From assembly GCA_041641305.1 (NCBI GenBank), contig JBEPYN010000002.1:512001-576000 (forward strand): 64,000 nucleotides of DNA. The letters run 5' to 3'. Position 1 is the stretch's first letter; every line of letters begins with the position of its first letter. This DNA comes from Nitrososphaerota archaeon (GTDB taxonomy: Archaea > Thermoproteota > Nitrososphaeria_A > Caldarchaeales > Caldarchaeaceae). Position numbers and translations under genes: made by a program. The notes beneath the pieces are model-generated. The model did no database searches. It had not been told where the DNA came from and saw only the letters and a list, made by a program, of their open reading frames with translations. Below are positions 28,319-38,573 of the stretch, piece after piece.

Positions 28319-29304
28319 TGAAGCTCGGACTACGCCTACCCACCTACGCGAAGCCAGGCGATTTCTCCTCCTACGAGACACTGAAAAACTATGTTGCGCT
28401 GGCGGAGGACCTGGGTGTTGAAGGTTTTTTCGTCATAGACCATCTGCTCACCTCGAGGCCTGCTTACTCGACAAGCTGGCACGATCCTCTGATAGCTCTC
28501 TCCTTCATCGCCGCAGCCTCTAAAAAAGCAGTCATCGGCCCCATGATACTTGTTCTCCCGTTCAGAAACCCGTATCTTCTCGCGAAGCAGCTAGCGTCTC
28601 TGGATGTATACTCTGGAGGCCGTCTGATTCTTGGAGCAGGGGTTGGGTGGAACCCTGATGAGTTCAGGCTTTTGAATACGCCGCTGGAGAAACGAGGAGC
28701 CATAATGGATGAATACCTTGTCCTGCTGAAGAAGCTTTGGACAGAGGATAAAATCACTTTCGAGGGTAAGTTCTTCAACGTGTGGGACTTGGTTCTGGAG
28801 CCGAAGCCCAGCCAAAAGCCTCATCCACCTATTTGGATTGGTGGGGGCAGCCAGCCTCATGAAATACTCTATGGAGCAGCGGCCAAGGGCATTGACAGGG
28901 TGCTGTACCGTGTGGCGAAGTTTGCCGATGGCTGGATACCGCACTCGAGCTCCACACCCGAGATGGCGAGACAGGACTGGGAGAAGGTCAAGAAATATGC
29001 CACCGAGCTTGGACGCGACCCATACAAAATCCAAAAAGTATACTCGAACTTTGTCTACATCAAGAGGCCGGGCGACAGCGACGATGAAGCGGTCAAACGT
29101 TTCTCCCTCTACTCTGGCATGAACCTCGAATACTGGAAAAACTTCTACCTATACGGCACCGTCGAGGAGTTGGCTCGAAAGATAAAGAACCGGATACAGT
29201 CTCTCGAGGGTGTTGACTGGATTGTCCTCAACCCGGTGACTTATGAGGAGAGCCAGCTGCGGAAAATCACTGACGAGCTTGTACCGCTTTTAGATAATGT
29301 ATAG
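28318..29304 (+). CDS. LLM-class (luciferase-like) flavin/F420-dependent oxidoreductase
   Basis: IDH, DP, LAKQLASLDVYSGGRLILG.GVGW and PKP.QKPHPPIWIGG motifs. Confidence 0.9.
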   Translation: MKLGLRLPTYAKPGDFSSYETLKNYVALAEDLGVEGFFVIDHLLTSRPAYSTSWHDPLIALSFIAAASKKAVIGPMILVLPFRNPYLLAKQLASLDVYSGGRLILGAGVGWNPDEFRLLNTPLEKRGAIMDEYLVLLKKLWTEDKITFEGKFFNVWDLVLEPKPSQKPHPPIWIGGGSQPHEILYGAAAKGIDRVLYRVAKFADGWIPHSSSTPEMARQDWEKVKKYATELGRDPYKIQKVYSNFVYIKRPGDSDDEAVKRFSLYSGMNLEYWKNFYLYGTVEELARKIKNRIQSLEGVDWIVLNPVTYEESQLRKITDELVPLLDNV

Positions 29305-29336
29305 ACTTATATGTAGGAGTTTTAGGTGAAGCTTCT

Positions 29337-30551
29337 GTGAAAAAGTCCGTATTGGTCGCCATTGTTGCGGTGATAGTCGTTGTCGCTGTCGCTGCTTCTG
29401 CGGCCTTTCTCTTCCTGTCGCAGCGAAGCCTCGGCGTATCAGAGGTTAAGATTGGTGCGTTGGTTCCATTGACGGGGCCTTTCGCTGTTTACGGCTCCTA
29501 CACTCTCGACGGCATGAGGTTTGCTGTCGAGGAGATAAACGCTCGAGGAGGTGTTCTCGGCGCCCGTGTTGTCCTCGTGGAGGCTGACGAGAAGAACGAC
29601 GCCAAAGAGGCTGTGGCAATCTTCAAGAGAATGGCCGAGGTTGACAGGGTGACGGCGGTTGTTGGAACAATTTCGAGCGGGATTGGCGCGGTTCTCTCGG
29701 CGGAGGCGGAGCAGGCCAAGGTGCCGCTGTTCCTTGTAGCGGCCGGCTCCCACACTATATTGACCAAGGAGTCGCGGTACACCTTCAGAACATGTCTTCC
29801 ACCCGCTCCTACCAACGGTGAGCTGTTGGCGAACTTTGTCCGCGACAAGGGCTACAAACGCGTCGGCGTCATCATAGCCAGCTATGAATGGGGCTTCGCC
29901 ATCAGAGATGTCTTGGACAAAAGGTTGAAGGCGCTAGGTGTGCAGTATCAGATCGAGGAGGCGCCCCTAGGTGAAACAGACTTTACAACGGTTCTACGCA
30001 AGCTTCAGCCTCTGCAGCCAGAGGTCATGATACTCACCGGACATCCACCAGGCTTCCCAACGATCACGAAACAGGCCATCGAGCTTGGGTTCCAGTCCGA
30101 GTACTACATCGCATCCGTGCAGCCGCCTGAGCTGATGCTAAGGGGTGTAGGCGACATCGGCCTAGGCAAACTCGTGACCACCACCTGCGTAAACAGCGAA
30201 GCACCTGAGTACAGGCAGCTTGCGGAAAGGTTTTACCAAAAATATGGAAAATTCTTTGACCACAACGCTGTCACGGGCTACGTTACAGTCATGATGATAG
30301 CGGACGCTGTGGAGAAGACCAGGTCAGTTGACCCTGTCACTGTAGCGAACCACATACGGACAAGCGAATACAACTCGGCGATATTTGCCTGGCCCCTCTC
30401 CTACACCGAGTGGGGTGAGATAAAGAAGCCTTCTATGAGGTTGGCTGTAATCAAAGGAGGTAACCCCGGAAACATCAACCCCGGCGCCAACTGGGTTATC
30501 GAAACACTCTATGTCTCGCCGCCCGTGGAGCCTTACGTGCCCGAAAAATAA
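29337..30551 (+). CDS. Branched-chain-type (HAAT) ABC substrate-binding protein
   Basis: KIGALVPLTGP and AVEEINARGGVLG motifs; N-terminal TM anchor. Confidence 0.92.
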   Translation: MKKSVLVAIVAVIVVVAVAASAAFLFLSQRSLGVSEVKIGALVPLTGPFAVYGSYTLDGMRFAVEEINARGGVLGARVVLVEADEKNDAKEAVAIFKRMAEVDRVTAVVGTISSGIGAVLSAEAEQAKVPLFLVAAGSHTILTKESRYTFRTCLPPAPTNGELLANFVRDKGYKRVGVIIASYEWGFAIRDVLDKRLKALGVQYQIEEAPLGETDFTTVLRKLQPLQPEVMILTGHPPGFPTITKQAIELGFQSEYYIASVQPPELMLRGVGDIGLGKLVTTTCVNSEAPEYRQLAERFYQKYGKFFDHNAVTGYVTVMMIADAVEKTRSVDPVTVANHIRTSEYNSAIFAWPLSYTEWGEIKKPSMRLAVIKGGNPGNINPGANWVIETLYVSPPVEPYVPEK

Positions 30552-30574
30552 CCATCTTTTTATTTCTCTCTACT

Positions 30575-31333
30575 GTGGTGGATGAAGGGTTGACCACGAT
30601 GATTAGATGTGTCGAGGTTACGAAGTATTTTGGCGGCTTACCAGCGCTTAAAAACGTGAACCTCGAGGTAGAAGCCAACGAAATAAGGGCGATTATAGGC
30701 CCGAATGGTGCGGGAAAAACAACCCTCTTCAACGTGATCAACGGTATTTACAAACCATCCTCAGGGAAGATATTCTTTGACGGAAAAGACATTACGGGTA
30801 AGTCTCCTCACCAGATATTCAAGCTCGGCATGAGCCGAACTCTTCAGATTCCCAGACCCTTCAAGGATTTGACGGTGTGGGAAAATGTTCTAGCTGGCGG
30901 ACTATTCAACGATAGACTTGAGAGAACGGAGCTCGAGAAACATGTTTCAACACTGTTGGATAGGCTGGGTCTTGCCGCGAAGTCGGAGATGAAAGCAGGC
31001 CTCCTGAACCTGCAGGAAAGGAAGAAGGTTGAGCTAGCGAGGGCCCTTGCCTCGAAGCCTAAGGTGCTAATGGTTGACGAGTACATGAGTGGGCTTAACA
31101 CCGCGGAGGTTGAGGAAGCCGTAGACCTCTTCAGAGACCTGCGGCGGGAATATGGGCTAACTATCATATGGGTGGAGCATGTGATAAGCGCGGTCGCATC
31201 TCTTGCAGACAAGGTGACTGTGCTCAATCAGGGGACGAAGCTGGCTGAGGGGAAACCCGAGGAAGTCGTGATGGACCAAGAAGTTGTTGAAGCGTATTTA
31301 GGTGAGAAAGTTGCCGAAACTTCTTCAGCTTGA
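30575..31333 (+). CDS. ABC ATP-binding protein (LivG-like)
   Basis: GPNGAGKTT, ELARAL and EAYLG motifs. Confidence 0.93.
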   Translation: MVDEGLTTMIRCVEVTKYFGGLPALKNVNLEVEANEIRAIIGPNGAGKTTLFNVINGIYKPSSGKIFFDGKDITGKSPHQIFKLGMSRTLQIPRPFKDLTVWENVLAGGLFNDRLERTELEKHVSTLLDRLGLAAKSEMKAGLLNLQERKKVELARALASKPKVLMVDEYMSGLNTAEVEEAVDLFRDLRREYGLTIIWVEHVISAVASLADKVTVLNQGTKLAEGKPEEVVMDQEVVEAYLGEKVAETSSA

Positions 31334-32030
31334 GAACCTAGACTCGGGATACGGCGACATACAGATTCTCTGGAATGTTTCGTTGACTGTGGAGAAGGGT
31401 GAGGTGGTGGCGGTGCTCGGCCCCAATGGAGCGGGAAAAACAACTTTGCTCAAAACAATCGCAGGCATAACAAAGCCTAAGAAAGGAAAGATTCTGCTTG
31501 AGGGAAAAAGAATTGACGGCCAGCCGCCTGAGAAAATCGTAGAAGAAGGTGTGGCCCTTGCTTTGGCCGAGAAAGAGCTTTTCCCGCTGATGACTGTGCA
31601 CGAAAACCTGATCCTCGGCGCATTCAACAAACGGGCCCGCCAAAAGTTGGATGAAAGCCTCGAGATAGTTTACAGCATCTTCCCCAAGCTAAAGGAGAGA
31701 GCTTCCCAGAAGGCCGGCACCATGAGCGGAGGGGAACAGCAGATGCTTGCAATAGGCAGAGCCCTGATGACAGACTCGAAGCTTCTTCTGCTGGATGAAC
31801 CATCAACGGGCTTGGCGCCACTGCTTGTGAAAACCATTTTCGACGCTTTGAGAAGGCTTATGGAGACAAAGAACGAGCTCTCCATCCTGCTTGTAGAGCA
31901 GCGGACCTTGCAGGCCGCGCAGCTCAGCGACAGAGGCTACGTGTTGTCAAACGGCCGCATCGTGTATGAGGGCGACATCAAAGACGCCGTATCCTCAAAG
32001 GCTTTCCTGAGAAAATACATGGGGATGTAG
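31302..32030 (+). CDS. ABC ATP-binding protein (LivF-like)
   Basis: GPNGAGKTT, MSGGEQQMLAIGRAL and LDEPS motifs. Confidence 0.93.
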   Translation: MRKLPKLLQLENLDSGYGDIQILWNVSLTVEKGEVVAVLGPNGAGKTTLLKTIAGITKPKKGKILLEGKRIDGQPPEKIVEEGVALALAEKELFPLMTVHENLILGAFNKRARQKLDESLEIVYSIFPKLKERASQKAGTMSGGEQQMLAIGRALMTDSKLLLLDEPSTGLAPLLVKTIFDALRRLMETKNELSILLVEQRTLQAAQLSDRGYVLSNGRIVYEGDIKDAVSSKAFLRKYMGM

Positions 32031-32903
32031 ATGGATGCATCTATAATCCCGTACCTTGTTGACGGCATAGTCTTCGGGCTTGTCCTTTCACTGATAGCGG
32101 CTGGGCTTACGCTGATATATGGCTTAGCGGGCGTGCTCAATCTGGCGCATGGAGAGCTTCTCGTGATAACAACTGTCACAGCAGCCGTTCTCTCACAGTC
32201 ACTAGGTTTACCACTTCCACTAGCGCTGCTCGCAGGCGTTGCAGCTACAGTGGCCGCCGCCGTTGTTCTCGACCGTGTAGTATTGAATCCTGTGTACAAG
32301 CTTGAGGGGGAGGAGAGGGTGTTGCTCGGTCTCTACATAACTTTAGCCTTCTCGATTTTCCTGCACAGTGGGATAATCACCACTTTCCCACTTGCTTTTC
32401 TGACAGTGAATCTGCCAACTCCAAACATAGAGCTAATCGGCTTATCGTTTAGAACGGCCCAGCTGGTAGCGGCTGTAATATCGGCTGCAATACTTCTCGG
32501 CATCTATCTTTTTCTGAAGAAAACGTGGAGCGGCAGGGCGATTCGCTCACTAACACAGAACGAGACAGGGGCCTTGCTGGTGGGTGTGAGCGTGAAAAAA
32601 TATAGGCTGCTCGTGTTCATGATCGGAGCTGTTTTAGTCAGCATGGCCGGCATTGTTAGAAGCATCATTGCAACGGTGGCTCCCGAAAGTGGTCTCGAGT
32701 TCACCATACTCGGCCTACTGGTGACAGTCATCGGCGGAATAAGAAGCGTCTCGGGAACAATAGCGGCCGGGCTCGTGATAGGTGTTGCATACACGTTTCT
32801 GGTGGTCGTCGTGGGAACCTACCTCGCATACGTCGCCCTGCTTATCCTCATCATGGCGCTGCTGCTTACAAGGCCCTATGGAATACTCGGTGAGAGATGG
32901 TGA
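32031..32903 (+). CDS. ABC permease (LivH-like)
   Basis: GLTLIYG..LNLAHGE and RPYG motifs. Confidence 0.92.
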   Translation: MDASIIPYLVDGIVFGLVLSLIAAGLTLIYGLAGVLNLAHGELLVITTVTAAVLSQSLGLPLPLALLAGVAATVAAAVVLDRVVLNPVYKLEGEERVLLGLYITLAFSIFLHSGIITTFPLAFLTVNLPTPNIELIGLSFRTAQLVAAVISAAILLGIYLFLKKTWSGRAIRSLTQNETGALLVGVSVKKYRLLVFMIGAVLVSMAGIVRSIIATVAPESGLEFTILGLLVTVIGGIRSVSGTIAAGLVIGVAYTFLVVVVGTYLAYVALLILIMALLLTRPYGILGERW

Positions 32904-33865
32904 CTGATAGATTCCTGAAAACCAGGTTGTATGTCCTAGCGGCGCTAGTAATAATATACATCGTGTTACCTCTTCCCTTCATCAACACGCCCTACGTGGT
33001 TTTCATACTTGCGCAGATGACCTTCTTCACAGTATTCGCCTATAGCTTTAATTTCCTGTTCGGTTTCACGCGACAGCTCTTCCTCTGCGTCGGAGCCTTC
33101 GCAGGCATAGGCGCATACATCACGGGGATAATGTTGAGGGATGGCTTAACCGGGCCAATCGAGGCTGTCGCTTTGTCAACGGTTGCAGTCGCCCTCATCG
33201 GCTGGGCTGTCAGCATTGTCTCCGTGAGACGCAGGCTCGTAGCAATCTTTACAGGAATTTTCACACTCGCCATCACACTCGTCTTCGGCAACCTCGTCAC
33301 CGGTCTCGTGGAAGTAACTGGAGGAGAAACAGGCTTCAGGATAAGAGGAGTAAGCCTATTGTTTTTAGACACCATGCCATACTACATGAGATACTACTAC
33401 ATCGCTTTAGCTACGCTGCTGTCGGTCACTACAGTGGCTTTCTACCTCATCTATTACACGAAAACAGGCTACGCGTATAGATGCATTATAGACGATGAGC
33501 TGAGCGCGGAGCTGGTCGGCATAAACGTGCAGAGGGTTAAGACTTTGACGGCCTTGCTTGCATCAGCTTTGCTCGGTTTTTCCGGGGCGTTGTACGGCCT
33601 TTTCTCACAGCTCATTTCACCATCCTATTACGCCTTTGGCTCCATAGACCTGCCCGTCCAAATAATAGTGATTCTCGGCGGCAGAACCTCTCTCCTCGGC
33701 CCGTACATAGGCTCAGCCATAATAGCGGTCGTCAACGAGTCTCTAAGGTTTCTTGGACCACTTACCCAGCTCCTATATGGTCTGATTCTGATGCTTCTTC
33801 TCGCCTTCTTCCGAAATGGGATAGTTGACTTTGTGAAAAGAAAGGTTGCGCCGTGGTTCTATTAA
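32897..33865 (+). CDS. ABC permease (LivM-like)
   Basis: TGGETG and ILGG.TSLLGP motifs; many TM helices. Confidence 0.9.
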   Translation: MVTDRFLKTRLYVLAALVIIYIVLPLPFINTPYVVFILAQMTFFTVFAYSFNFLFGFTRQLFLCVGAFAGIGAYITGIMLRDGLTGPIEAVALSTVAVALIGWAVSIVSVRRRLVAIFTGIFTLAITLVFGNLVTGLVEVTGGETGFRIRGVSLLFLDTMPYYMRYYYIALATLLSVTTVAFYLIYYTKTGYAYRCIIDDELSAELVGINVQRVKTLTALLASALLGFSGALYGLFSQLISPSYYAFGSIDLPVQIIVILGGRTSLLGPYIGSAIIAVVNESLRFLGPLTQLLYGLILMLLLAFFRNGIVDFVKRKVAPWFY

Positions 33866-34479
33866 CGGAGACCGTCCTCGCCCTTTACCTCCTCTTTACG
33901 TAGTCCACCAATCCGTGGCAAAGGCCTCCCCGAGTCGGTTACAGCGGCAATCACAACTATTTCGTCGGGCAGAGGCGCGTCGGGAACACGTGCCTCGACA
34001 GCGTCATAGTGGCTTCTCACAAACGCAGCTCTCTTAAAGTGCAGGGGGACGTCGATTGCTGTGCCAGGGGCCCCTAGCTTAGCCGATGAAGGAATTATAG
34101 CTTTGCATGCATCCTGTCCGCCGCATTCTTCCCGCAGTCCACGACCAAACTTAGGATGGAGAATAGCGTGGCCATGCTCAAGCTCTCCACCCAAACCGAT
34201 TATCGCGGCTTTGCCGTAGCTCTCCACATCGGCTGGCGCAATTCCCAGCGCCTCCCGAGCCCTCTTCGCCAAAAATCCGCCCAAGAAATCTCCAGCATCT
34301 ATGAGCAGCTGCAAATCCTCCACATATTTGCCGGCGTATGGGTTCTTGACCACAGCCGCGGCGGCGCTTTTTCTCACAGGCTTCTGCAAAACTTTCCCAT
34401 TCTCCAGGAACACCTCATCAACATAGACAGCGACTTTACGTATAGCTACACCTGGTGCAGCCTCAAGCATCACCACCAC
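33862..34479 (-). CDS. Amino acid synthesis family protein (DUF1185)
   Basis: NPYAG, ESYGKAAIIG..GELEH, RSHYD, DAP.PDE and GRP.PR motifs. Confidence 0.88.
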   Translation of the reverse strand: MVVMLEAAPGVAIRKVAVYVDEVFLENGKVLQKPVRKSAAAAVVKNPYAGKYVEDLQLLIDAGDFLGGFLAKRAREALGIAPADVESYGKAAIIGLGGELEHGHAILHPKFGRGLREECGGQDACKAIIPSSAKLGAPGTAIDVPLHFKRAAFVRSHYDAVEARVPDAPLPDEIVVIAAVTDSGRPLPRIGGLRKEEVKGEDGLR

Positions 34480-35912
34480 CTCGTCGTCACAATCTTGTGG
34501 TCTGTAAAGAATCTTATGGTGTCGACGCGGCTATGAGCTGTTCCGAAGAAGGATTGCTTCCTTCCACCGAGAGGAAAGTAGGCCATGGGCTGTGGGACAC
34601 CTATGTTTACACCCACGTTTCCAACGTTAACATCAAGCACAAACCTGCGTGCTGTGTTCGGGTTTGATGTGAAGATAGAGGCGGCGTTGCCGTAGGGAGT
34701 GTTTCTGTTTATCAGATCGATTGCCTCGTCCAAGCTCTCCGCATAAAGAACCGATACGACGGGGCCGAATATCTCCTCCTTTGCTAGTGGGGAGCTGGGA
34801 GACACGTCTGTGAAAACTGTTGGGCCCACGAAGTAGCCGTTCAAAGGCTTAAGCGGCTTGTTCTTCCTTCCGTCGACGAGAAGCCTCCCAAATTCTTCAC
34901 CAAGCTCGATATATTTCCAAACTCTCTCCAACCCAGCCCTTGAAGCCATCGGGCCCATCTCGGTCTCCTTATCCATGCCGTATCCAAGCCTAAGCATGGA
35001 CTTGTCCCGCACCAAGTCGACAACCTTCTCACCCCCCTTTACCACGACAAGGTTGGAGCCGGCCAGACAACGTTGACCAGACATTCCGAAAAAGGATGAC
35101 ACAGCAGCATCAGCGGCCTTGACAAAATCTGTGTCAGGCATTACAACAAGGTGGTTTTTGGCACCGGCGTTTATAGACGCGCGTTTCCCCTCTTTCGCGG
35201 CCAGCTCATACAGAAACTTTCCTGTCTTCGTTGAACCTATGAAACCCACGCCCTGTATATCAGGATGTCTAGCCAGCTTCTCCGCAACTCTACCGTCACC
35301 GTGGACAACCGACATTACACCCGCAGGAACACCGGCCTCCTTCACAATCCTGGCCACCTCGTTCGCGACAACAGGTGTCACCTCACTCGGCTTAAGCACA
35401 ACAGTGGCGCCAAGGGCTATGGCGTAGGGCACGTATGAGGACCATGCGTGCAGCGGAATGTTGAAAGGAGTTATCACGGCAAAGCATCCAAGCGGCTCTC
35501 GGATAAGCTCCTGATCTATGTCTGGGGATATGTTGACCATTTTCTCGCCCTTAGCCAAGGTGTAGGCGAGCGCAGCCGCTGCCTCGACGTTTTCCAGACT
35601 CCGTTTAACCTCTCCCACCGCCTCCGCATAGGTTCTTCCATGGTTGTCGACAAGTATTCTCGAAAGCAGCTCGGTATCCCTGTTCATCAGCTCACGGATC
35701 TTCAACAGGTAGGCGACCCTTTCCGAGGGTGTAGTTTTCCGAAACTTTTCAAAAGCGGCTACACCTGCCTCAACGGCTTTAGCAACCTCTTCCTCAGTGC
35801 TGACGGGGACGTAGGCGATGTCTGTGTCAAAAGCAGGGTTCTTTACCGGAATCCTCTCAGAAGACTTCGACTCAACAAACTGCCCAGCAATGAAGTTAGG
35901 TAGTAAACTCAT
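34470..35912 (-). CDS. CoA-acylating aldehyde dehydrogenase (methylmalonate-semialdehyde dehydrogenase family)
   Basis: ITPFN, LKPSE, FIGST, GAKNH, GQRCLA, EEIFGPV and VGVNIGVP motifs. Confidence 0.9.
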   Translation of the reverse strand: MSLLPNFIAGQFVESKSSERIPVKNPAFDTDIAYVPVSTEEEVAKAVEAGVAAFEKFRKTTPSERVAYLLKIRELMNRDTELLSRILVDNHGRTYAEAVGEVKRSLENVEAAAALAYTLAKGEKMVNISPDIDQELIREPLGCFAVITPFNIPLHAWSSYVPYAIALGATVVLKPSEVTPVVANEVARIVKEAGVPAGVMSVVHGDGRVAEKLARHPDIQGVGFIGSTKTGKFLYELAAKEGKRASINAGAKNHLVVMPDTDFVKAADAAVSSFFGMSGQRCLAGSNLVVVKGGEKVVDLVRDKSMLRLGYGMDKETEMGPMASRAGLERVWKYIELGEEFGRLLVDGRKNKPLKPLNGYFVGPTVFTDVSPSSPLAKEEIFGPVVSVLYAESLDEAIDLINRNTPYGNAASIFTSNPNTARRFVLDVNVGNVGVNIGVPQPMAYFPLGGRKQSFFGTAHSRVDTIRFFTDHKIVTTRWW

Positions 35913-35949
35913 GACTTTTTCCTCATATAGCGGTATTTTAAACGTGAAT

Positions 35950-36381
35950 CTACTTGCCTGAAATGAGGACGAGCGCTGTGAGGGCGAGGGCTACGCCGAC
36001 AATCTGCCTAATGGTCAACACCTCTCCGAATAACAGGAAAGATAGAATCAGTGTGACAAGCGGGTACAGCGATGTGGCGACTACGACTATGGAGGATGGG
36101 TTCAGGTCTAGGGCCAGATAAAATGTCACGGCTCCGAGAAATCCCAGGGCCCCTGCGAGAAGTGCGGCCACCCAGGCCTGATTGGTCGGAGTTACATGAG
36201 CCCTCGAGCTGATTATGAACATCAGAGAGACTATCATGTGCCCTATGGCTGCGACCGCAGCATTGTCACGCCATCCAAGTGCCGATGCTCCCACACGTGC
36301 CACAACACCCCAGACCCCCCAGATAAACAGCGTCAACAAAACCAACGCAACCCATCTAACCTCCATGGCGATAGATGGCAT
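35950..36381 (-). CDS. Single-domain EamA family membrane protein
   Basis: WGVWG, FYLAL and SLYP motifs; ~5 TM helices. Confidence 0.8.
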   Translation of the reverse strand: MPSIAMEVRWVALVLLTLFIWGVWGVVARVGASALGWRDNAAVAAIGHMIVSLMFIISSRAHVTPTNQAWVAALLAGALGFLGAVTFYLALDLNPSSIVVVATSLYPLVTLILSFLLFGEVLTIRQIVGVALALTALVLISGK

Positions 36382-36450
36382 ATCACCGGTTCATACCTTT
36401 TTCGGTGAAGAAGCTCAACAACTAAATCTCGGCAGAAAAACGGATAACCC

Positions 36451-36699
36451 ATGAACGTGAGAATAGTATACTGTGTTCCATGCGGCCATCTACCTAATGC
36501 TCTCGAGCTCGCTAAAGACCTTCTCAGCCGATACGGGCAAAGGCTCAACAAGAAATTCTCAGTCACTCTCGACACAAGCGACGGAGGAACCTTCGAAGTC
36601 TACATAGAAGGGGAGAAAATCTTCTCACGCCACGAGGCGCGGCGGTTCCCAACACCTGACGAAATCGCGGGGCAGATTGAAAAGAGGCTTAATGGTTGA
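36451..36699 (+). CDS. Rdx/SelW-family protein (CxxC, no Sec)
   Basis: IVYCVPCG, GGTFEV and IFSR..RFP motifs. Confidence 0.9.
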   Translation: MNVRIVYCVPCGHLPNALELAKDLLSRYGQRLNKKFSVTLDTSDGGTFEVYIEGEKIFSRHEARRFPTPDEIAGQIEKRLNG

Positions 36700-36974
36700 A
36701 CCTTCGCCTAATAGTCTTCGTTGTCGCATGGTCTGCAGCGACCATAGCAGCCCTCACAATCGGACAGCTCTATGAATGGCCAGACAATGTACACATCCGC
36801 TATGGCATACCTCTGACCTATGCTGTTCACACCGTCGTCACGATATTGGGAGCTGCTGACCACTGGAGTGTGGACACAAACATTCTCGCCTTTGACTTGG
36901 CGATATGGATGGCAGGCCTCGTGACCGGAGTAGCTCTGCTATCGAGGCAGAAGACAAGAGATGGACATACCTAG
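36696..36974 (+). CDS. Small membrane hypothetical protein
   Basis: Overlaps the Rdx stop codon; hydrophobic segments, YGIPL. Confidence 0.55.
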   Translation: MNLRLIVFVVAWSAATIAALTIGQLYEWPDNVHIRYGIPLTYAVHTVVTILGAADHWSVDTNILAFDLAIWMAGLVTGVALLSRQKTRDGHT

Positions 36975-36986
36975 CGTAGTGGTAGG

Positions 36987-37562
36987 TCATTTTACTATTT
37001 TGAGACGCGCTGGTGCTGGCGACCTCTCAGGCAATAGCCTTATTCCTTCGTGACGTAGAAGCCAAGCCTTAACGTTCTCGTCACCCCCGTAGCGTCCGAT
37101 TGAGCCGTCGGATTTCACTACTCGGTGGCAAGGTATAATTATTGGAACAGGGTTGCGGGCGACCGCGTTTCCAACAGCTCTGTACGCTTTTGGACTGCCC
37201 ACAGAAGCAGCCACGTCTCTATAGCTCCGCGTCTCCCCAAAAGGGATGGAGGCGACAACGTTCAACACCTTCCCCGCGAAACCAGAGACACGGAGGTCAA
37301 TCGGTACATTAAAGACCCGCCTTACACCCTCGAAATACTCCCCAAGCTGTCTCTTAACCAAACCATTAACCTCTCCAGCGCCGTCGCCAACTATGAAACC
37401 CTCTCTAACGAGGCCCTTAACCAAAGCATTCAAACCCACACCCCACACCACCCTAAAAACACCACGCCTCGTAGAAGCAAAACAAACCAAACCAACAGGC
37501 GACATCAAACAACCCACCGAAACAACCTCTCCCACAAAAACCACATAAACAAAACCAACCAA
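36987..37562 (-). CDS. ogt: Methylated-DNA--protein-cysteine methyltransferase
   Basis: IPFGETRSY, RAVG and IPCHRV active-site motifs. Confidence 0.93.
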   Translation of the reverse strand: MVGFVYVVFVGEVVSVGCLMSPVGLVCFASTRRGVFRVVWGVGLNALVKGLVREGFIVGDGAGEVNGLVKRQLGEYFEGVRRVFNVPIDLRVSGFAGKVLNVVASIPFGETRSYRDVAASVGSPKAYRAVGNAVARNPVPIIIPCHRVVKSDGSIGRYGGDENVKAWLLRHEGIRLLPERSPAPARLKIVK

Positions 37563-37757
37563 TATGCTTTAACCCAGCTCCATTTTTCCAAACAGATGCG
37601 TCGAAAACATGACTAAATTTTCCCGGTCCATTAACAAAATGAACCATAAGCATGCACAAAATAATTGAATTCGCGAGATTGTGGCTGGGCCGCTTGTTAG
37701 ATGTTGCGGTTGAAACATTCTTATTAAACATCGTATACAACATATTGGGGTAACCCC

Positions 37758-38558
37758 ATGTCTTCAACCCCTTTAACCGACCTAATTTCTCTGAAAGGTA
37801 GAAAAGCGTTGGTTACTGGGGCTGCTTCAGGGATAGGGCGGTCGGTCTCTGAGAGGTTTGCAGAAGCCGGCGCCAGCCTAGTTCTTGTGGACATCAACGA
37901 GCCCGCCCTAACGAGCGTCGCCTCATTTATTAGAGATGGATATGGGGTTGAGGTTGAGGCGAAAAAAGTAGACCTGTCCAAGAAGAGGGAGATAGACGAG
38001 CTATGGTCCGGCTTGAAGGAGCGGGCTCCAGACATTCTGGTTAATAACGCGGGCATATACGAGTTCCGAGACTTCTTAGAAGTTGATGAGGATTTCCTTG
38101 AGAGAACCCTCGATGTGAACTTGAAGTCCGCGTTTTACATGTGCCAGCACATGTTTAGGACGCGTGGTGATAGGGGTGGTGTGATAGTAAACGTCAGCTC
38201 CATCGAGGCCGTCCTCCATCTCGTCAAAGGCCTGACCCACTACGGCGTGAGCAAAATTGGCCTCGTCGCACTGACCAGGGCTCTGGCACGTGAATATGGA
38301 GGAAAGGGCTTCAGGGTCAACGCCGTTATGCCCGGAGGAATTCATACACCCGGCACAGATAAGGTCAGGAACGAAGCCCTCAAAAGACTCCAGCTCGGAT
38401 TCTTCATCACAGGTATGAATTTCATATCCAGAATACCCTTGAAAAGGCTGGGAGAACCAGACGAAGTGGCAAGGGCTATACTTTTCCTAGCCTCAGACCT
38501 ATCAAGCTACGTGAACGGTGCAGTACTAGTCGTAGACGGCGGATACCTAACAGACTGA
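37758..38558 (+). CDS. Short-chain dehydrogenase/reductase
   Basis: TGAASGIG, NNAG, YGVSK and VDGG motifs. Confidence 0.93.
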   Translation: MSSTPLTDLISLKGRKALVTGAASGIGRSVSERFAEAGASLVLVDINEPALTSVASFIRDGYGVEVEAKKVDLSKKREIDELWSGLKERAPDILVNNAGIYEFRDFLEVDEDFLERTLDVNLKSAFYMCQHMFRTRGDRGGVIVNVSSIEAVLHLVKGLTHYGVSKIGLVALTRALAREYGGKGFRVNAVMPGGIHTPGTDKVRNEALKRLQLGFFITGMNFISRIPLKRLGEPDEVARAILFLASDLSSYVNGAVLVVDGGYLTD

Positions 38559-38573
38559 GAACCTCTCGACCAT

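Noticed and set aside
36451-36699. Selenoprotein call for the Rdx/SelW protein
   Set aside because: The motif is CVPC with no in-frame TGA.
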